Notes: generated by a model from the letters alone, not told the origin. A stretch of DNA of 64,000 nt from Chiloscyllium plagiosum (GCF_004010195.1 NC_057718.1:27261477-27325476); one strand, 5' to 3'; positions 12,690 through 26,139 are shown, counted from the first letter of the stretch. Translations and numbers: made by a program.

Positions 12690-13620
12690 GCATCACTGGT
12701 AGGTCCTGCTGCAGCAGATAATATAATTGCTGTTATGGTGATGCAGCAAAGATGCAGAGAAATGGAAAAGGAACAACAGAAACCTCCAATGGATACCGAG
12801 CACATTGCACATGAAGCGGTCTTAGTGGCAATTCTCCTCAGGATACGTAGGAAGTACAGTAGACTCAGGGTGTATTTCATCAATGCCATTTCCTCCGAAT
12901 GAGTGAAATGCAGTAGCAGCAGAAGATGAGGATACTGTCACAGCACAATGCCAACTGCTGGACTCAGACCTGAAGGAACGAGAGGCCATCCTATCCCAGT
13001 GACCTTCAAAGTAACAGTGGTGTAAACTTTTATGATAGACAGTAAACATGCCACACTGAGAGGCCCATATTACAGCACTGCTATGTTCATCAATACAAAA
13101 GAGTTCCATTCCACCAAATTGCCAATGATCATTGAATATGCGTACCACTTTTAAAAGCTCGCGCCCTGTACCCTGGGAGCTGCTATGTTACCTATGTCCT
13201 TTAGAACTCTCATGTTTCTGCTGTCCTTGAGGGGCCAGATGCTTTACAAGATGGTAACTGGTGGACAAAGGTCACCTTCTAGGATCAAGGCTGATGACTT
13301 TGCTTTGCAACCTCCTGAGACAGAGCACAGATGAAATACAGCCCATTCTTGGACCAGAGTCCTGGTGGAGCAGATGATGGGCTTGATGATGATGAGTTTC
13401 TGTTGTTTGCATTGGTTGGCCATATAATCATTGGGTACTGTGCTCTGCACAACTGGAATAGACGAAGAGGGAATGCGATTGAGGCCAATGAGCTGGGACA
13501 GTAGCAGCAACCTTTCAAGAAGGAGGAGTGGGGGACATTGAACAGGAGGAACATTATCTTCAGCCTTAGAGTGCAGCAGCATCAAGCAGAACAGGACTTA
13601 ATTGAAATCTGGTTTCACTA
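12690..13620 (+). pseudogene. Harbinger (HARBI1/DDE_Tnp_4-type) transposase pseudogene with frameshifts and an internal deletion
   Basis: Hand translation across frames gives RRKYSRLRVY..FLRMSEMQ*QQKMR..DTVTAQCQLL..GHPIPVTFKVTVV.NFY (cf. LPVAVKVTVALNFYA). Later come TRVLVEQMMGLMMMSFCCLH (cf. TRxxIEQxIGxLKxRFRCL) and IIIGYCALHNWNRRRG (cf. IIxACCxLHN). Confidence 0.82.
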
Positions 13621-13624
13621 GGAA

Positions 13625-15305
13625 ATAGAGTCAAAGAGTCATAGAGATGTACAGCATGGAAACAGACCCTTCGGTCCAACCCGTCCATGCCGACCAGATA
13701 TCCCAACCCAATCGAGTCCCACCTGCCAGCACCCGGCCCATATCCCTCCAAACCATTCCTATTATATACCCATCCAAATGCCTCTCAAATGTTGCAATTG
13801 TACCAGCCTCCACCACATCCTCTGGCAGCTCATTCCATACACACACCACCCTCTGTGTGAAAAGGTTGCCCCTTAGGTCTCTTTTATATCTTTCTCCTCT
13901 CACCCTAAACCTATGGCCTCTAGTTCTGGACACCCCAACCCCAGGGAAAAGACTTTGTCTATTTATCCTCTCCATGCCCCTCATATTTTTGTAAACCTCT
14001 ATAAGGTCACCCCTCAGCCTCCGAAGCTCTAGAGAAAACAGCCCCAGCCTATTCAGCCTCTCTCGAGAGAGCTCAAATCCTCCAACCATGGCAGCATCCT
14101 TGTAAATCTTTTCTGAACCCTTTCAAGTTTCACAACCTTTTTCCAAAAGGAAGGAGACCAGAATTGCACACAATATTCCAACAGTGGCCTAACCAATGTC
14201 CTGTACAGCCGCAACATGAACTCTCAACTCCTGTAGGAGAAAGTGAGGACTGCAGATGCTGGAGACCAGAGTTGAAAAATGTGGTGCTGGAAAAACACAG
14301 CAGGAAGAAGGGTTTATGTCCGAAACGTCGATTCTCCTGCTCCTCAGATGCTGCCTGGCCTGCTGTGTTTTTCCAGCACTACATTTTTCAACTCCCAACT
14401 CCTGTACTCAATACTCTGACCAATAAAGGAAAGCACACCAAACACCTTCTTCGCTATCCTATCTACCTGCAACTCCACTTTCAAGGAGCTATAAACCTGC
14501 ATTCCAAGGTCTCTTTGTTCAGCAACACTCCCTCGCACCTTACCATTAAGTGTATAAGCCCTGCTAAGATTTGCTTTCCCAAAATGCAGCACCTCGCATT
14601 TATCTGAATTAAACTCCATCTGCCACTTCTCAGCCCATTGGCCCATCTGGTCCAGATCCCGTTGTAATCTGAGGTAACCCTCTTCGCTGTGTACTACACC
14701 TCCAATTTTGGTGTCATCTGCAAACTTACTAACTGTACAAAACTCAATCAAGTTTGTGAGACATGATTTCCCACGCACAAAGCCATGTTGACTATCTCTA
14801 ATCAGTCCTTGCCTTTCCAAATACATGTACATCCTGTCCCTCAGGATTCCCTCCAACAACTTGCCCACCACCGAGGTCAGGCTCACCGGTCTATAGTTCC
14901 CTGGTTTGTCCTTATCATCCTTCTTAAACAATGGCACCACATTTGCCAACCACCAGTCATCCAGCACCTCACCTGGGACTATCGATGATACAAATATCTC
15001 AGCAAGAGGCCCAGCAATCACTTCTCTGGCGTCCCACAAAGTTCTCGGGTACACCTGATCAGGTCCTGGGGATTTATCTACCTCTACCCGTTTCAAGACA
15101 TCTAGCACTTCCTCCTCTGTAATCTGGACATTTTGCAAGATGTCACCGTCTATTTCCCTGCAGTCTATATCATCCATATCCTTTTGCACAGTAAAATATT
15201 CATTTAGTATCTCCCCCATTTTCTGTGGCTCCACACAAAGGCCACCTTGCTGATCTTTGAGGGGCCCTATTCTCTCCCTAGTTACCCTTTTGTTCTTAAT
15301 ATATT
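13625..15305 (-). mobile_element. CR1 LINE, 5'-truncated, with an internal deletion in RT
   Basis: ORFs 14344-15234 and 13631-14089 carry RT and C-terminal motifs; the tail (ctctatga) is at 13625. Confidence 0.95.
14236..14395. mobile_element. Fold-back Penelope fragment inserted in a CR1
   Basis: Inverted arms gagttgaaaaatgtggtgctggaaaaacacagcagg / cctgctgtgtttttccagcactacatttttcaactc. TSD caactcctgta at 14225-14235 and 14396-14406. Confidence 0.9.
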
Positions 15306-16992
15306 TTTAAATTCAGTGATCATTCATGGACTGTAAAATAGTTGGCGCTCATATGTCAAGCAGTCCCTGGTCTGTTCCGAGAGGCAAATGTGGTTTCTGT
15401 TTGTTTGATTTCTGTTAGTGAGTTAAAATGAATGTTCTAAGCAATTGAAGTCTGCCCTGTACGTGATGGTTCCACTTGAACAATATTAAGTTTCTGGGCT
15501 GCATTGGGCTTTATGTAAAGACTAGTAGTGTACCAAAGAGTATTATAAAATGGTATGTGGCTAAGGACAGTTAATTTGTGTAGCCTGGTCTTAAACAGTG
15601 ATAGGTAGGAATGTGCAGTTCTTTGTGCAAGGAGGTATCAGCCATGCTGTGCTGTGAGAAGCACTGGCTTGTTTATAAATTCCCACTACATTGAGGCAGA
15701 AGGACAATGCCAGACTGCTACACTCGACTGGTTGTGTTTCTGGGATTCTAAGATGGTGCCAGCACCACAGATTGCAGAATATTCTGCATGTGGCAAGTAC
15801 CTCTGCTCAGAGCAAGTCAAAAAACAGAGCTAGCATTAGATGGTCCGGGTGCCATAGAGAAGCGTAGTTAATGAGGTGAATTTAGGACAATCATGCACAA
15901 AAACCTGCTAGAGAAACTCTCCATGAAATTTGATGAAAATGAGACTTAGTTAGTTTCTGGTAAAATACAGCTCTTTGTGTCTGCTGACAAATGTCATCCA
16001 GCTGACATTGATCAAGGAACTGCTAAGCCAAGATAACACAAGACAATTTGACAGAACAATACTTCATCTGAGTAACCATCCTGATTCTGTGACTTTGTCA
16101 CATTATGCAAATATACACAAAAAAGAATGAAAATCCTTGAGTTCATACTAATTGGGCAAACAATATATTGTGAGTTATTTCAAATGGCTGTTTATTTCAG
16201 ATTTTCAGGATTTGCTTATTTTATGCTTTTGTTTGAGCATCTGTCCATGCACTTAATGAAACAATTGCAAAATTATTTGTGCAAAATCAATCCTATTCAA
16301 TTCAAGCAATTCAGTCTCCAGACTCAACTGACAGTGTCCTCCATTCCAGCCTGGGCATTTGGTGTCACATTGTCCACCCAAATAGTACAACCATTGGGCA
16401 ATGGAGAGAAATTGATCAATCTTCATTAAGCCTAGATCTATCTGAATTGAAGCTGGAATATAGCAGAAGGCAATGCAGTGTCTATTTGTAAATATTGTTG
16501 TATGAGGCAATTCGTATGAAAGGAATAACTGACATCACAAGGTTAGCTCTGTTCCTCACGATATCCTGGCAGGAGCTAACCTGTGACCTGCTCGAGATTT
16601 TCTAGTGCTAAATCAATGCAAGTAGCAAGTACTAAAAACTTCCTTTTCAATTGAGGATCAGTCCCACAAAAATCACAGCCATCCACAGGACAGAAAGAGA
16701 AAGAAATTGTATTCAGAAAACTTTGAATGTATCTTTAAATATTCAGCTGCTCAAAAACATACAGTGCCAGTCCATTCCTGTGAATGTAACAATCAGCAGT
16801 TAAAACAAAACAGCAGCAAAGATGACAGTACTAAGAAAGCTCAGAACAGCTAAAAAAAGTGAAAACTACGGAAGTGAAAGCTTCAGTGGATGATGGAGAG
16901 TTTACCAGAGTTACAAAGGGAAATAAATCAGTCATTAACCTAAACAATATCAGACATTCATAGTAACTTAGGGCCTTTAGAGGAAGGATGAA

Positions 16993-17227
16993 TGAAATAA
17001 CTCCACAGAGACCTATATCTCATCATCAAATCACCCTTTATTTACAGATGAGAGTCCTTGACACTGATCCAGCTGCCCCAGAACCAGCTCTCAGAGTGAG
17101 CAGAACCTCTGACACTCCTATTTATATCTGTCAGCCAGGGCTCCCTGATTGGACCAGATTAACAGCTCCAATCAGGGAACTCATATTCTATGGGGTCCAC
17201 TTGGCTGACCTTGTTACAATCACTACG
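16993..17227 (-). repeat. 3' LTR of the younger Gypsy element; polypurine tract at 17228-17240
   Basis: Direct repeat of 20805-21039. The adjacent tccctccccctct reads agagggggaggga on the minus strand. Confidence 0.9.
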
Positions 17228-19850
17228 TCCCTCCCCCTCTGAGTCCAAGAACAGAGGCTGGTTCCTTTTTTGCAGCTCCTCCAGGGGTGTTTTAGCATCG
17301 GGTCAGGTTCTTCCAACTCTGCCTCTGATATGGGCGGCATGTAACACACAGCCACTCGCTTCTTGCACCTGGAGCATCTAGGCGGAAATGCATTCCCCTC
17401 TTCAGGCAGCAAAGACATCAAGGCAGCGACATCTGCTGTGTCCATCTCAGATTCTAAGGTATCTTCACACTTGACAGAGACGGAGAGTCCACTGGTTCCA
17501 GAACAGTCGGAAAGGCAGTCGAGGAGCTGGGAATGTTTTATTCCGTACTGTTTGTGAGTTTGCAGCTTTCATTTGGTCTATGTACTTGTTCAGGGCCAGT
17601 CTCATCTTGTCGCACTGACCTTTATATGTCACTGGACCTGACCTCAAGTCAATCATATCTCTTACTCATGCAGGGCCATTCCTGTGGTTCCTACACCAAA
17701 CTTTGTCTCCTGAAGTGAATTGTCTCTCTCATTTAGAGGCTTCTTGTGTCTGGCACTGGTGTTCCTGATGCCATTTCACCCTCCCCCTCAGGTCCAGGAA
17801 GATCAGAATAAAGCTGGTATGGAGTCTTCTCCTCATCTCCTGGAGCTATCCCGTAGTTGCATGGGGGCTTGTTCTATAATAAAATAGGAACTTGGACAGC
17901 TTGATATCTAGTCAAGCTGTAGGCTGTTTCTTCAAGTTTGCTTTCAAAGTTTCGATTGCTCTTTCTACCAGATCATTGGATGATGGGTGGTGTGGAGCTG
18001 TCTTTATGTGACGAATAGCAATCAACTTTAGGAAATGCTCAAATTCCCAGCTGGTAAACAATGACCTGTTGTCTATGACAAATGTTTCTGGGATTCTGTG
18101 TTTTGCAAAAGATGCATGGAATTTTTCCATTCCCTGTCCCCGTGTTTGATTAATGAACTCTATGCACATCCTGCCACATTGAGTGGGCATCCGCAGTGAC
18201 AATGAACATTGAGCATATGAAAGGACCTGCATAGTTGATGGTACCTGAGTCGAGGATCTCTCTAGCCATTCCCACGAATGTGTGGGAGCTGCTGGTGGTA
18301 ATTTCTGCCCTTGTTTGGCACTCTGGGCACTGCCACACCAACATGGCTATGTCTGCATCCAATCCTGGGCACCATTCATAACTTCTTGCCTACATCTTCA
18401 TTTTCAAAACCCCTCAAGGATAGATGGAGTTCAGTCAGTATCTGGCGGCAACCTTTGCTCGGGACAATCACTCTTGCTCCTAATAATAACGTTTTGTCCT
18501 CCACTGTGATCCGGTCTCTCCAGGTACAAACACGTTTCAGTTCTGGTTCTGATGGGCCTATGGCATCCCCTATCACCACTAGCTGTTTCCAAAGCCTGAT
18601 ACTGTCAGCTGCAACTGGAAATGTGTCCAGAAAATTTAAAACCATTATAGACTCTTCCAGTATCTGTTAGCAGGAGGCAGCTCAATGCATCCGCATTTGC
18701 TACAGAGTCTCCTGGACAGTGTTTCAACTTATAATTATAAGCACTTAACATTAGAGCCCACTGATGAATTTGGCACTGCCTTGTCCTCTTTATGTAGGCC
18801 CAGCTAGAGTTTGTGGTCCATTATTATTACAAATTTATATCTGTAAAGGAATTGATGGAATATGACCACCAAACATTCCTTCTCTATCTGGGTGTATTTA
18901 CGCTCTGCATTATAGCATCATCAAGTGGCTCTTGTAAAATGTTCTCCATTGTTGCTAAAAAAATTAGTACAAACCCTTATAGGTATTAATTGTAGCATAC
19001 TTCCAGGAATCCTCATCTAACCACAATTGCAAATACACATGGCTCATGTCCAGCTTCGTGAAGGACAGCTCTCCCCTGCCAGCTTTGTGTATGAATCCCC
19101 TATGTGAGGGATTGGGCATTTATCCAGCTGTGAAAAACAATGTACTATTTCTTTAAAATCCACACAAAGGAGAACCAACCCATTGGGCTTCACAATCAAT
19201 ATAACTGGTGCTGCCCATTCCGCAAATTGGACGGGTTTGATGATTTGTTTGTTGTCCAGTCTCCTGACTTCAGCCTCTATTTTTGCCCATAAGGCAAATT
19301 GCATTGGGTGGAACAGAATTGTGGAACGGCTTTCCGGTCAACATTAAGGTGGCCTTGGCTCCTTTGATAGTCTCTAGACCTTCCTGAAAGACGTCACTCA
19401 GGCAGCAGTTGTCTAATTGAAAAATGTTGAGCCAATCTAGATGAATCTTCCTCAACCAATTTCACCCTATCTAACCTGGGCATCAGCCATTTACTACAAT
19501 CAGTGGTAACTGAACCAGCTGCTTTTCATCAGAGTCCAGAACCGAAGTCGTACCCTTAATCTGTAAAGGTTCCCTGGTAAAGGTTCTCAATCTAGCCAAG
19601 AGCTTGTGCAAACTTAAGGGTTGGGGTCCAAAGCGAATTTTGTTAACGATTGATTCTGCAATCACTGAAACGACAGTGCTCGCATCGACCTCCATTAGAA
19701 GTGGGTGACTATTTAACCAGATGTTTATTTGGATTGGTTCTGATTTGGCTGCTGCTAAGCAATTTAATTGTTCCAAACCAGTTGTAGGTGGGCTTTCCAA
19801 GATGTGCACCTTCCTGGATACTGGCCTATGAGTTATCTTACTCCAATTAG

Positions 19851-19933
19851 CTCCTTGGATGCTGCCTGAACTGCTGTGCTCTTCCAGCACCACTAATCCA
19901 GAATCTGGTTTCCAGCATCTGCAGTCATTGTGT
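19851..19933 (+). mobile_element. Penelope 3'-end fragment inserted in the Gypsy element
   Basis: Matches 34754-34840; exact 13-bp TSD ttactccaattag at 19838-19850 and 19934-19946. Confidence 0.9.
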
Positions 19934-20804
19934 TTACTCCAATTAGGTCTAGTAAGACACTTTTACTGTCTCGAGTCTGCATACTATTAGTAACTACAAT
20001 GGCTTGCTGGCATGGATCCTGAAGGAAATCCTAACCATTTGGCAAAGGCTTGGCTTTGGCTTTATTTTGGAATTTTGCTGTGGGCTGACCTAGAGTCCTT
20101 CTGTTCAGGATATTTCCTTGAGTGAGGCTACCCCTTTAATCCAGTGGTGTTCCCCAAGCTTAGTTGGACTGACGAGGGTGTCCACTTCCATCAGAATAGC
20201 CTGCGACATATATGCTCCACTTGCCACATTTTCCAATGATCAAGCCAGATGTCGTGCTTATTTCAAGTCCAGCTGGACTTCTGTTAGTAGGCACTTTTGC
20301 ATGGTTACAGCACTAATCCTACATACCAACAAACGGTCTCTCAGCATCCCATTCGGGTTTAAACAAAAGTTGAATGCCTCTGCCAGTCATCTTAGCCTAC
20401 TTAAAAATTTGAACATGGATTCCCCTAATTCTCAAACTGCTGAGTAAAACAGGATAGCATCTCAGAAAGAGGAACTTTGGGCTGTAATATTCCTTAATTA
20501 AATCCATCAACTCTTGAAAGGTTTTAGGATTTGCTGCCTCCTGAAAGGTTAGGCTCCTAATAACCAAAAGGTTTACGAGTCCACATGCTGGCGGGAAAAT
20601 TACTTGTCACTTTTCATCTGGCCCAATGTCTTTTGCCACCAAAAACAATAATTCTTTCCACATACCAGGCCCAATATTCGATGGTAGGATTGAACGAATC
20701 AAGCTTCCCAAATAATGGCATGATGTCAGAAATGCTTACCCCAATTCAAAGATGACTGTTCTGAGTGAATTTCTTCAGGAGTGTGTTTTTCTCAAGTTTG
20801 CCAC

Positions 20805-21039
20805 TGAAATAACTCCATAGATGCCAGTGTTGCTGTCACCAAGTCACCCTTTATTCACATGTGGACAGTCCGTGACACTAATCCAGCTTTGTCAGAGCCA
20901 GCTCTCAGAGTGAACAGAACTTCAAACTTTCCTGTTTACACCAGTCAGCCAGGGCTCCCTGATCGGACCAGATTAACAACCCCAATCAAGGGACTCATAT
21001 TCTATGACTGCCACTTGGCTGACCTCGTTATAATCGCTG
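20805..21039 (-). repeat. 5' LTR of the younger Gypsy element
   Basis: Direct repeat of 16993-17227 (tgaaataactcca...agccagggctccctgat.ggaccagattaaca...ccacttggctgacct). Confidence 0.9.
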
Positions 21040-21618
21040 CTGAAAAATGTGTTGCTGGAAAAGCGCAGCAGGTCAGGCAGCATCCAAGGAGCAGGAGAAT
21101 CGACATTTCGGGCATAAGCCCTTCTTCAGAAATGAGAAAGGTGTGCCAAGCAGGCTAAGATAAAAGGTAGGGAGGAGGGACTTGGGGGTGGGGCGTTGGA
21201 AATGCGATAGGTGGAAGGAGGTTAAGGTGAGGGTGATAGGCCGGAGAGGGGGTGGGGGCGGAGAGGTTGGGAAGAAGATTGCAGGTCAAGAAGGCGGTGC
21301 CGAGTCCGAGGTTTTGGACTGAGATAAGGTGGGGGGAGGGGAAATGAGGAAGCTGGAGAAATCTGCATTCATCCCTTGTGGTTGGAGGGTTTCTAGGCAG
21401 AAGATGAGGTGCTCTTCCTCCAGGCGTCGTTTGCCATGGTCTGGCGATGTAGGAGGCCAAGGACCTGCATGTCCTTGGTGGAGTGGGAGGGGGAGTTAAA
21501 GTGTTCAGCCATGGGGCGGTTGGATTGGTTGGTGCGGGTGTCTCAGAGCTGTTCCTTGGCCTCCTCCATCGCCAGACCATGGCAACATGACGCCTGGAGG
21601 AAGAGCGCCTCATCTTCC
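21040..21618 (-). mobile_element. Penelope 3' fragment (GIY-YIG C-terminal region and 3' UTR with a hammerhead motif at 21102-21129) with a short inverted piece
   Basis: Similar to 32147-32640. 21555-21618 is an inverted copy of 21398-21460. Confidence 0.88.
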
Positions 21619-22898
21619 GTGAATAATACTTTCCTAGGGGTAACAGGTGACTTATCTACATTAGATATGACACAGATTAATGATGTACAGTCTAATGGCA
21701 TCCAATGCATATTAAATTTGATATTGGGATGAGTGTTACTGTACTATTCAAAAAGATCCTTGGTTAAGGAGAACAATAGTATAACTATCCAACAGTAAAC
21801 GTCATGACAAAGGCAGAACACCACCGAAAAACAAAAGAATGGTGAGAGTACTCTTAAAGTACAGAGCCCAATTCTATGTGGAACAGGTGTACAACATCGG
21901 GAACCAACACCGTACTTCTGAGCAGAAAAGCATGTTTTGTTCTTAAAACTCTACAGAATGCTGAAGAACAAGAACCAGCTTTGAATGCAAATACTAGTGA
22001 TCAATGTAACTCAATTCAACAAAAGGAAGATGATATAGTATTCAGAAGGATGTTCACTGAATACTAGAGAAGGTCATCACTCAAGATTACTTACTGTTCA
22101 TGTACAATGACACCTCATGATCAAGAGACCATATGATGCTACTGTTTTCACAGCTTTGATGGAATTATTTAATTGCCTTCCAATGACAGATGAATCTTCA
22201 AAATCTAATCATCTGTTATCCTTGACACCATTACCACAGCAGTTAAGTAATGAACACTTGATTTAATCAATTCAGCTGTTTACAAAAAGCAGTACCAAAC
22301 AGCATGGTCAGTTTTACTGTCCATGATTGAACTTGATAAAATGACTATATTATCCAAAAGAATACATGTAAAACTGAAAGGATCACATGCAAGGCCACTT
22401 TGTTACAATGTTGACAGTAAAAGAATTGTTTTCCTTCTTTGAGGAAACTAAAGCTCTTCCAGGGGAAACAAAAATGAAACTCTGACATCAATGCCAAATA
22501 ATATCCTCATTTTAAGGGCATCAGAAAAATCAAAGATCCACTGAGGCTACAGTATAGCGACACACGGTTGTAGGGGAGGGGGTGGGATTGGATATTTCTT
22601 TGAAAGAATTATATAGAAAATTTAATAATTAGAAAACAGCTTGTGTAGAAATGTTGTATTACAGTACCTGAAAAGATTAACTGACATCACAAAATAAGCT
22701 TCACCCATCGGGATATAAAGAACTGATAACATGTTTCAATTTGAGTTGTTCTAGTGCTAAATCAATGGAACTAATAACAATATATACTTAGCCTTAAGTT
22801 GAGCCTGATGTATTATAAACGACACTAATGTACCTCAGATGTAATGCACTAATTTATGCTATGTAATAAAATTTTACTGTTTATGAAGATTGATACTA

Positions 22899-23248
22899 CA
22901 GTCTGTTCTGCTTTAACACAGTAGTTCCATTCTCGTGCAATCCCATGTTATAAGAAAATCGCATAATAGCAGCAGCATCAAAACGAATGGGGCTGGAATC
23001 ATGTTATAATCAATACATACTTTAAAAGTTCACGCTTTAGAAACAGTGCCTCCAATCCGTCAATCGCGTTATAGTGAATTTGCATTAACAAGACATGCAT
23101 TATGGCAAAGGTGAGGACTGCACATGCTGGAGATCAGAGTCAACATTAGAGTGATGCTGGAAAAGCACAGCAGGTCAGGCAGCTGCCTGACGTGCTGTGC
23201 TTTTCAGCACCACTCTAATCAAGACACGCGTTATAACAGAATGACCTG
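22899..23248. mobile_element. Tc1/mariner (Tigger/pogo-like) MITE
   Basis: TA-CAGtctgttctgctttaac at the left end and gttataacagaatgacCTG at the right end form imperfect TIRs; there are internal gttata subrepeats. Confidence 0.7.
23104..23219. mobile_element. Fold-back Penelope fragment inserted in the MITE
   Basis: aaagcacagcaggtcaggcag|ctgcctgacgtgctgtgcttt is a palindromic junction. 15-bp TSD caagacatgcattat / caagacacgcgttat, with two CpG-type differences. Confidence 0.85.
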
Positions 23249-24267
23249 CATCCTCTGCGGAAGAGTTTGTGTGGGTATCCTTCCCACATGGTCATAGTGG
23301 CTTAGACTAATCCTAATAAAAAGAATTGATTCCAATAAATTCATCCAAGACATCCTATAGAATTTATCTATACATTGTAATATAAAAGATATGGGTAGGG
23401 AATTTGAGGAGTTAAAGCAGGTAAGTTACAGTGCACGGGTGGAAAGCAGATGGATAGAAAGGAATGAACATGATGGCTTAAGGGTCAGCTCAGTTCTTCT
23501 TTAGTGCAATGCCTTAGGATTCAGACTTCACAGGAACTGCACATAAAAGACGTTTGTTAACTGACCAGAATTGTCTATAGCAAAAAGAAAATTGCCTACT
23601 TTGGCTAGGAATATGGAGAAGTCCACTGCCAACATCTGAAAGGTTATGCAGAAAGTTTTTACTGCAGTCTATTATGGAGCAGGTGGCAACTTTGGAGCAT
23701 CTGCAGTGGAGCTTATGATTGCGCAGACTGCTATTAATGGAACTTCAGGCTCTAATCTCCAACCCTTCTCAGGTGGCAAAAGCTTGAAGGAAGATTTCAC
23801 AAGGCCTCACTGACTTCCCTTTGCAAATTAAAGGACGTACCAAATGAGTGTCTGATAGCAAGGCATGGTTGAAGTAAGTATTGACAAGGTTGTCATCTCA
23901 TAGAGAGAGATGCTGTATCTGCACTATCTAATCTCCCTGCACATATTACAGAAAATGAACAAGGCAAGCTGACGACTCTTGCTGAATCACCATCTTATGA
24001 GGTGGCACAAAAAAAAACACTGGCCAGCCTGAATCTCAACCAGACTTCATTGACCCCCCTCTCCTCCACCTTGACCCCCAAACACCCCCAAACCTGAGCA
24101 TAGATAACATTATTTGTGGGGCACAATCTTAAGACATGATAGATCAAAATTAAACAATACTCCAGCAATAAGGAGAAAAAGACACTGATATGAAACAACA
24201 CAAAACAGAATACCAAATGCTGAATTTTCCTTGAAATTTGGTGCCGAATAAGTTAGCAAACATTGTT

Positions 24268-25572
24268 GATAGAACATAGAACAATACAGCGCAGTACAGG
24301 CCCTTTGGCCCTCGATGTTGCGCCGATCCAAGCCCACCTAACCTACACTAGCCCACTATCCTCCATATGCCTATCCAAAGCACGTTTAAATGCCCATAAT
24401 GAAGGAGAGTCCACCACTGCTACTGGCAGGGCATTCCATGAACTCACGACTCGCTGAGTAAAGAATCTACCCCTAACATCTGTCCTATACCTACCCCCCC
24501 TTAATTTAAAGCTATGCCCCCTTGTAATAGCTGACTCCATAAGTGGAAAAAGGTTCTCACGGTCAACCCTATCTAAACCCCTAATCATCTTGTACACCTC
24601 GATCAAGNNNNNNNNNNNNNNNNNNNNNNNNNNNNNNNNNNNNNNNNNNNNNNNNNNNNNNNNNNNNNNNNNNNNNNNNNNNNNNNNNNNNNNNNNNNNN
24701 NNNNNNNNNNNNNNNNNNNNNNNNNNNNNNNNNNNNNNNNNNNNNNNNNNNNNNNNNNNNNNNNNNNNNNNNNNNNNNNNNNNNNNNNNNNNNNNNNNNN
24801 NNNNNNNNNNNNNNNNNNNNNNNNNNNNNNNNNNNNNNNNNNNNNNNNNNNNNNNNNNNNNNNNNNNNNNNNNNNNNNNNNNNNNNNNNNNNNNNNNNNN
24901 NNNNNNNNNNNNNNNNNNNNNNNNNNNNNNNNNNNNNNNNNNNNNNNNNNNNNNNNNNNNNNNNNNNNNNNNNNNNNNNNNNNNNNNNNNNNNNNNNNNN
25001 NNNNNNNNNNNNNNNNNNNNNNNNNNNNNNNNNNNNNNNNNNNNNNNNNNNNNNNNNNNNNNNNNNNNNNNNNNNNNNNNNNNNNNNNNNNNNNNNNNNN
25101 NNNNNNNNNNNNNNNNNNNNNNNNNNNNNNNNNNNNNNNNNNNNNNNNNNNNNNNNNNNNNNNNNNNNNNNNNNNNNNNNNNNNNNNNNNNNNNNNNNNN
25201 NTCCTTAGTCACTTTCTCAAAGAATTCAATAAGGTTTGTGAGGCATGACCTGCCCTTCACAAAACCATGCTGACTATCCTTGATCACATTATTCCTATCC
25301 AGATGTTCATAAATCCTATCTCTTACAATTCTCTCTAAGATTTTACCCACAACAGAAGTGAGACTCACCAGCCTATAGTTACTAGGGTTATCCCTACTCC
25401 CCTTCTTAAACAAGGGAACCACATTTGCTAGCCTCCAATCTTCTGGCACTACTCCTGTAGACAACGAGGACATAAAAATCAAGGCCAATGGCTCTGCAAT
25501 CTCCTCCCTTGCTTCCCAGAGAATCCTAGGATAAATGCCATCAGGCCCAGGGGACTTATCTATTTTCACCCT
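24268..25572 (-). mobile_element. CR1 LINE, 5'-truncated, spanning an assembly gap
   Basis: ORF 24343-25569 is open on both sides of the gap (DKSPGPDGIYPR...QHGFVKGRSCLTNL; LIEVYK...FFTQRVV). Tail ttctatgttctat. Confidence 0.93.
24608..25201. other. Assembly gap (N run)
   Basis: Run of N. Confidence 1.
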
Positions 25573-26139
25573 TGATATTGGTTAGGAAATTGTAGAATGC
25601 AGTTTGTAGTAGATGCTTTTGAGCTATTTTCTCTATACCATGAAGATTACAGGGTTAATTAAAGGGTCTTAGCTGAGTGTCTCTTGGCTTAGCAATGGAT
25701 ACAGCAGTCTTCTTGGCTGTGCTAGTGGCTCTGCATCTGTGTTTCCTTAGTTTATGGACTATGACTTTTATTGTGGTTTGGCCTCTTCCCTCTCAATAGG
25801 ACACCAAGTGCTTGTTTCATAACTTCAAAGTACAAAAAGACTTTGCAGAGCCCCAGAAAATTTAACCTTTCAATAAATCTATCCTACTAAAGTTCAATCG
25901 AAAACTATTTCACTGGTTCAGAAATCCTAGAACTAGGAGTTTATTTGATCTAATTTACAGGTGCTGGAGTTCATGTATCCCAGTTGAGGCAGGTAACATG
26001 AAAAAGTTTACATACGAACCTTGATCTGAATTATTGTGGTTCTGTCTGGGTGCCTCCAACACTAATTGCAAGATCTGCATGCAGAAGGCCATGGCAACAT
26101 TGTTTGCTAGCCACCCAGTACAGATAGGCTCTAGTTTTC

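Larger units (their letters stand above)
9835..15975 (+). mobile_element. Decayed PIF/Harbinger DNA transposon (approximate extent) containing Penelope, SINE and CR1 insertions
   Basis: Transposase remnant at 12690-13620. There is weak inverted similarity between about 9860-10010 and about 15865-15960 (aaactaac, gtctca.ttt, gcatg.att...tcacct.cattа-like blocks). Boundaries are uncertain. Confidence 0.5.
16993..21039 (-). mobile_element. Ty3/Gypsy LTR retrotransposon (gag-PR-RT-RH-IN order, two LTRs), inactivated
   Basis: Gag start MPLFGKLDSFNP at about 20721, protease LNSHPLLMEVDAS, RT WAAPVILIVKPNG.V.LCVDFK, and integrase WQCPECQ and IPETFVIDN...TAPHHPSSNDLVERAIETLK. A PBS-like tggcaaac follows the 5' LTR. 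Possible TSD atgaa/gtgaa at 16988 and 21619. Confidence 0.93.
16496..22830 (+). mobile_element. Old, heavily decayed Gypsy-type LTR element hosting a younger Gypsy
   Basis: Two diverged direct repeats start with tgttgtat (16496 and 22652) and share taactgacatcacaa and ttctagtgctaaatcaatg. Internal protease-like NG..IKFDIGMSVTVL is at about 21694-21746 and LLSRKACFVL at about 21915. Confidence 0.7.
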
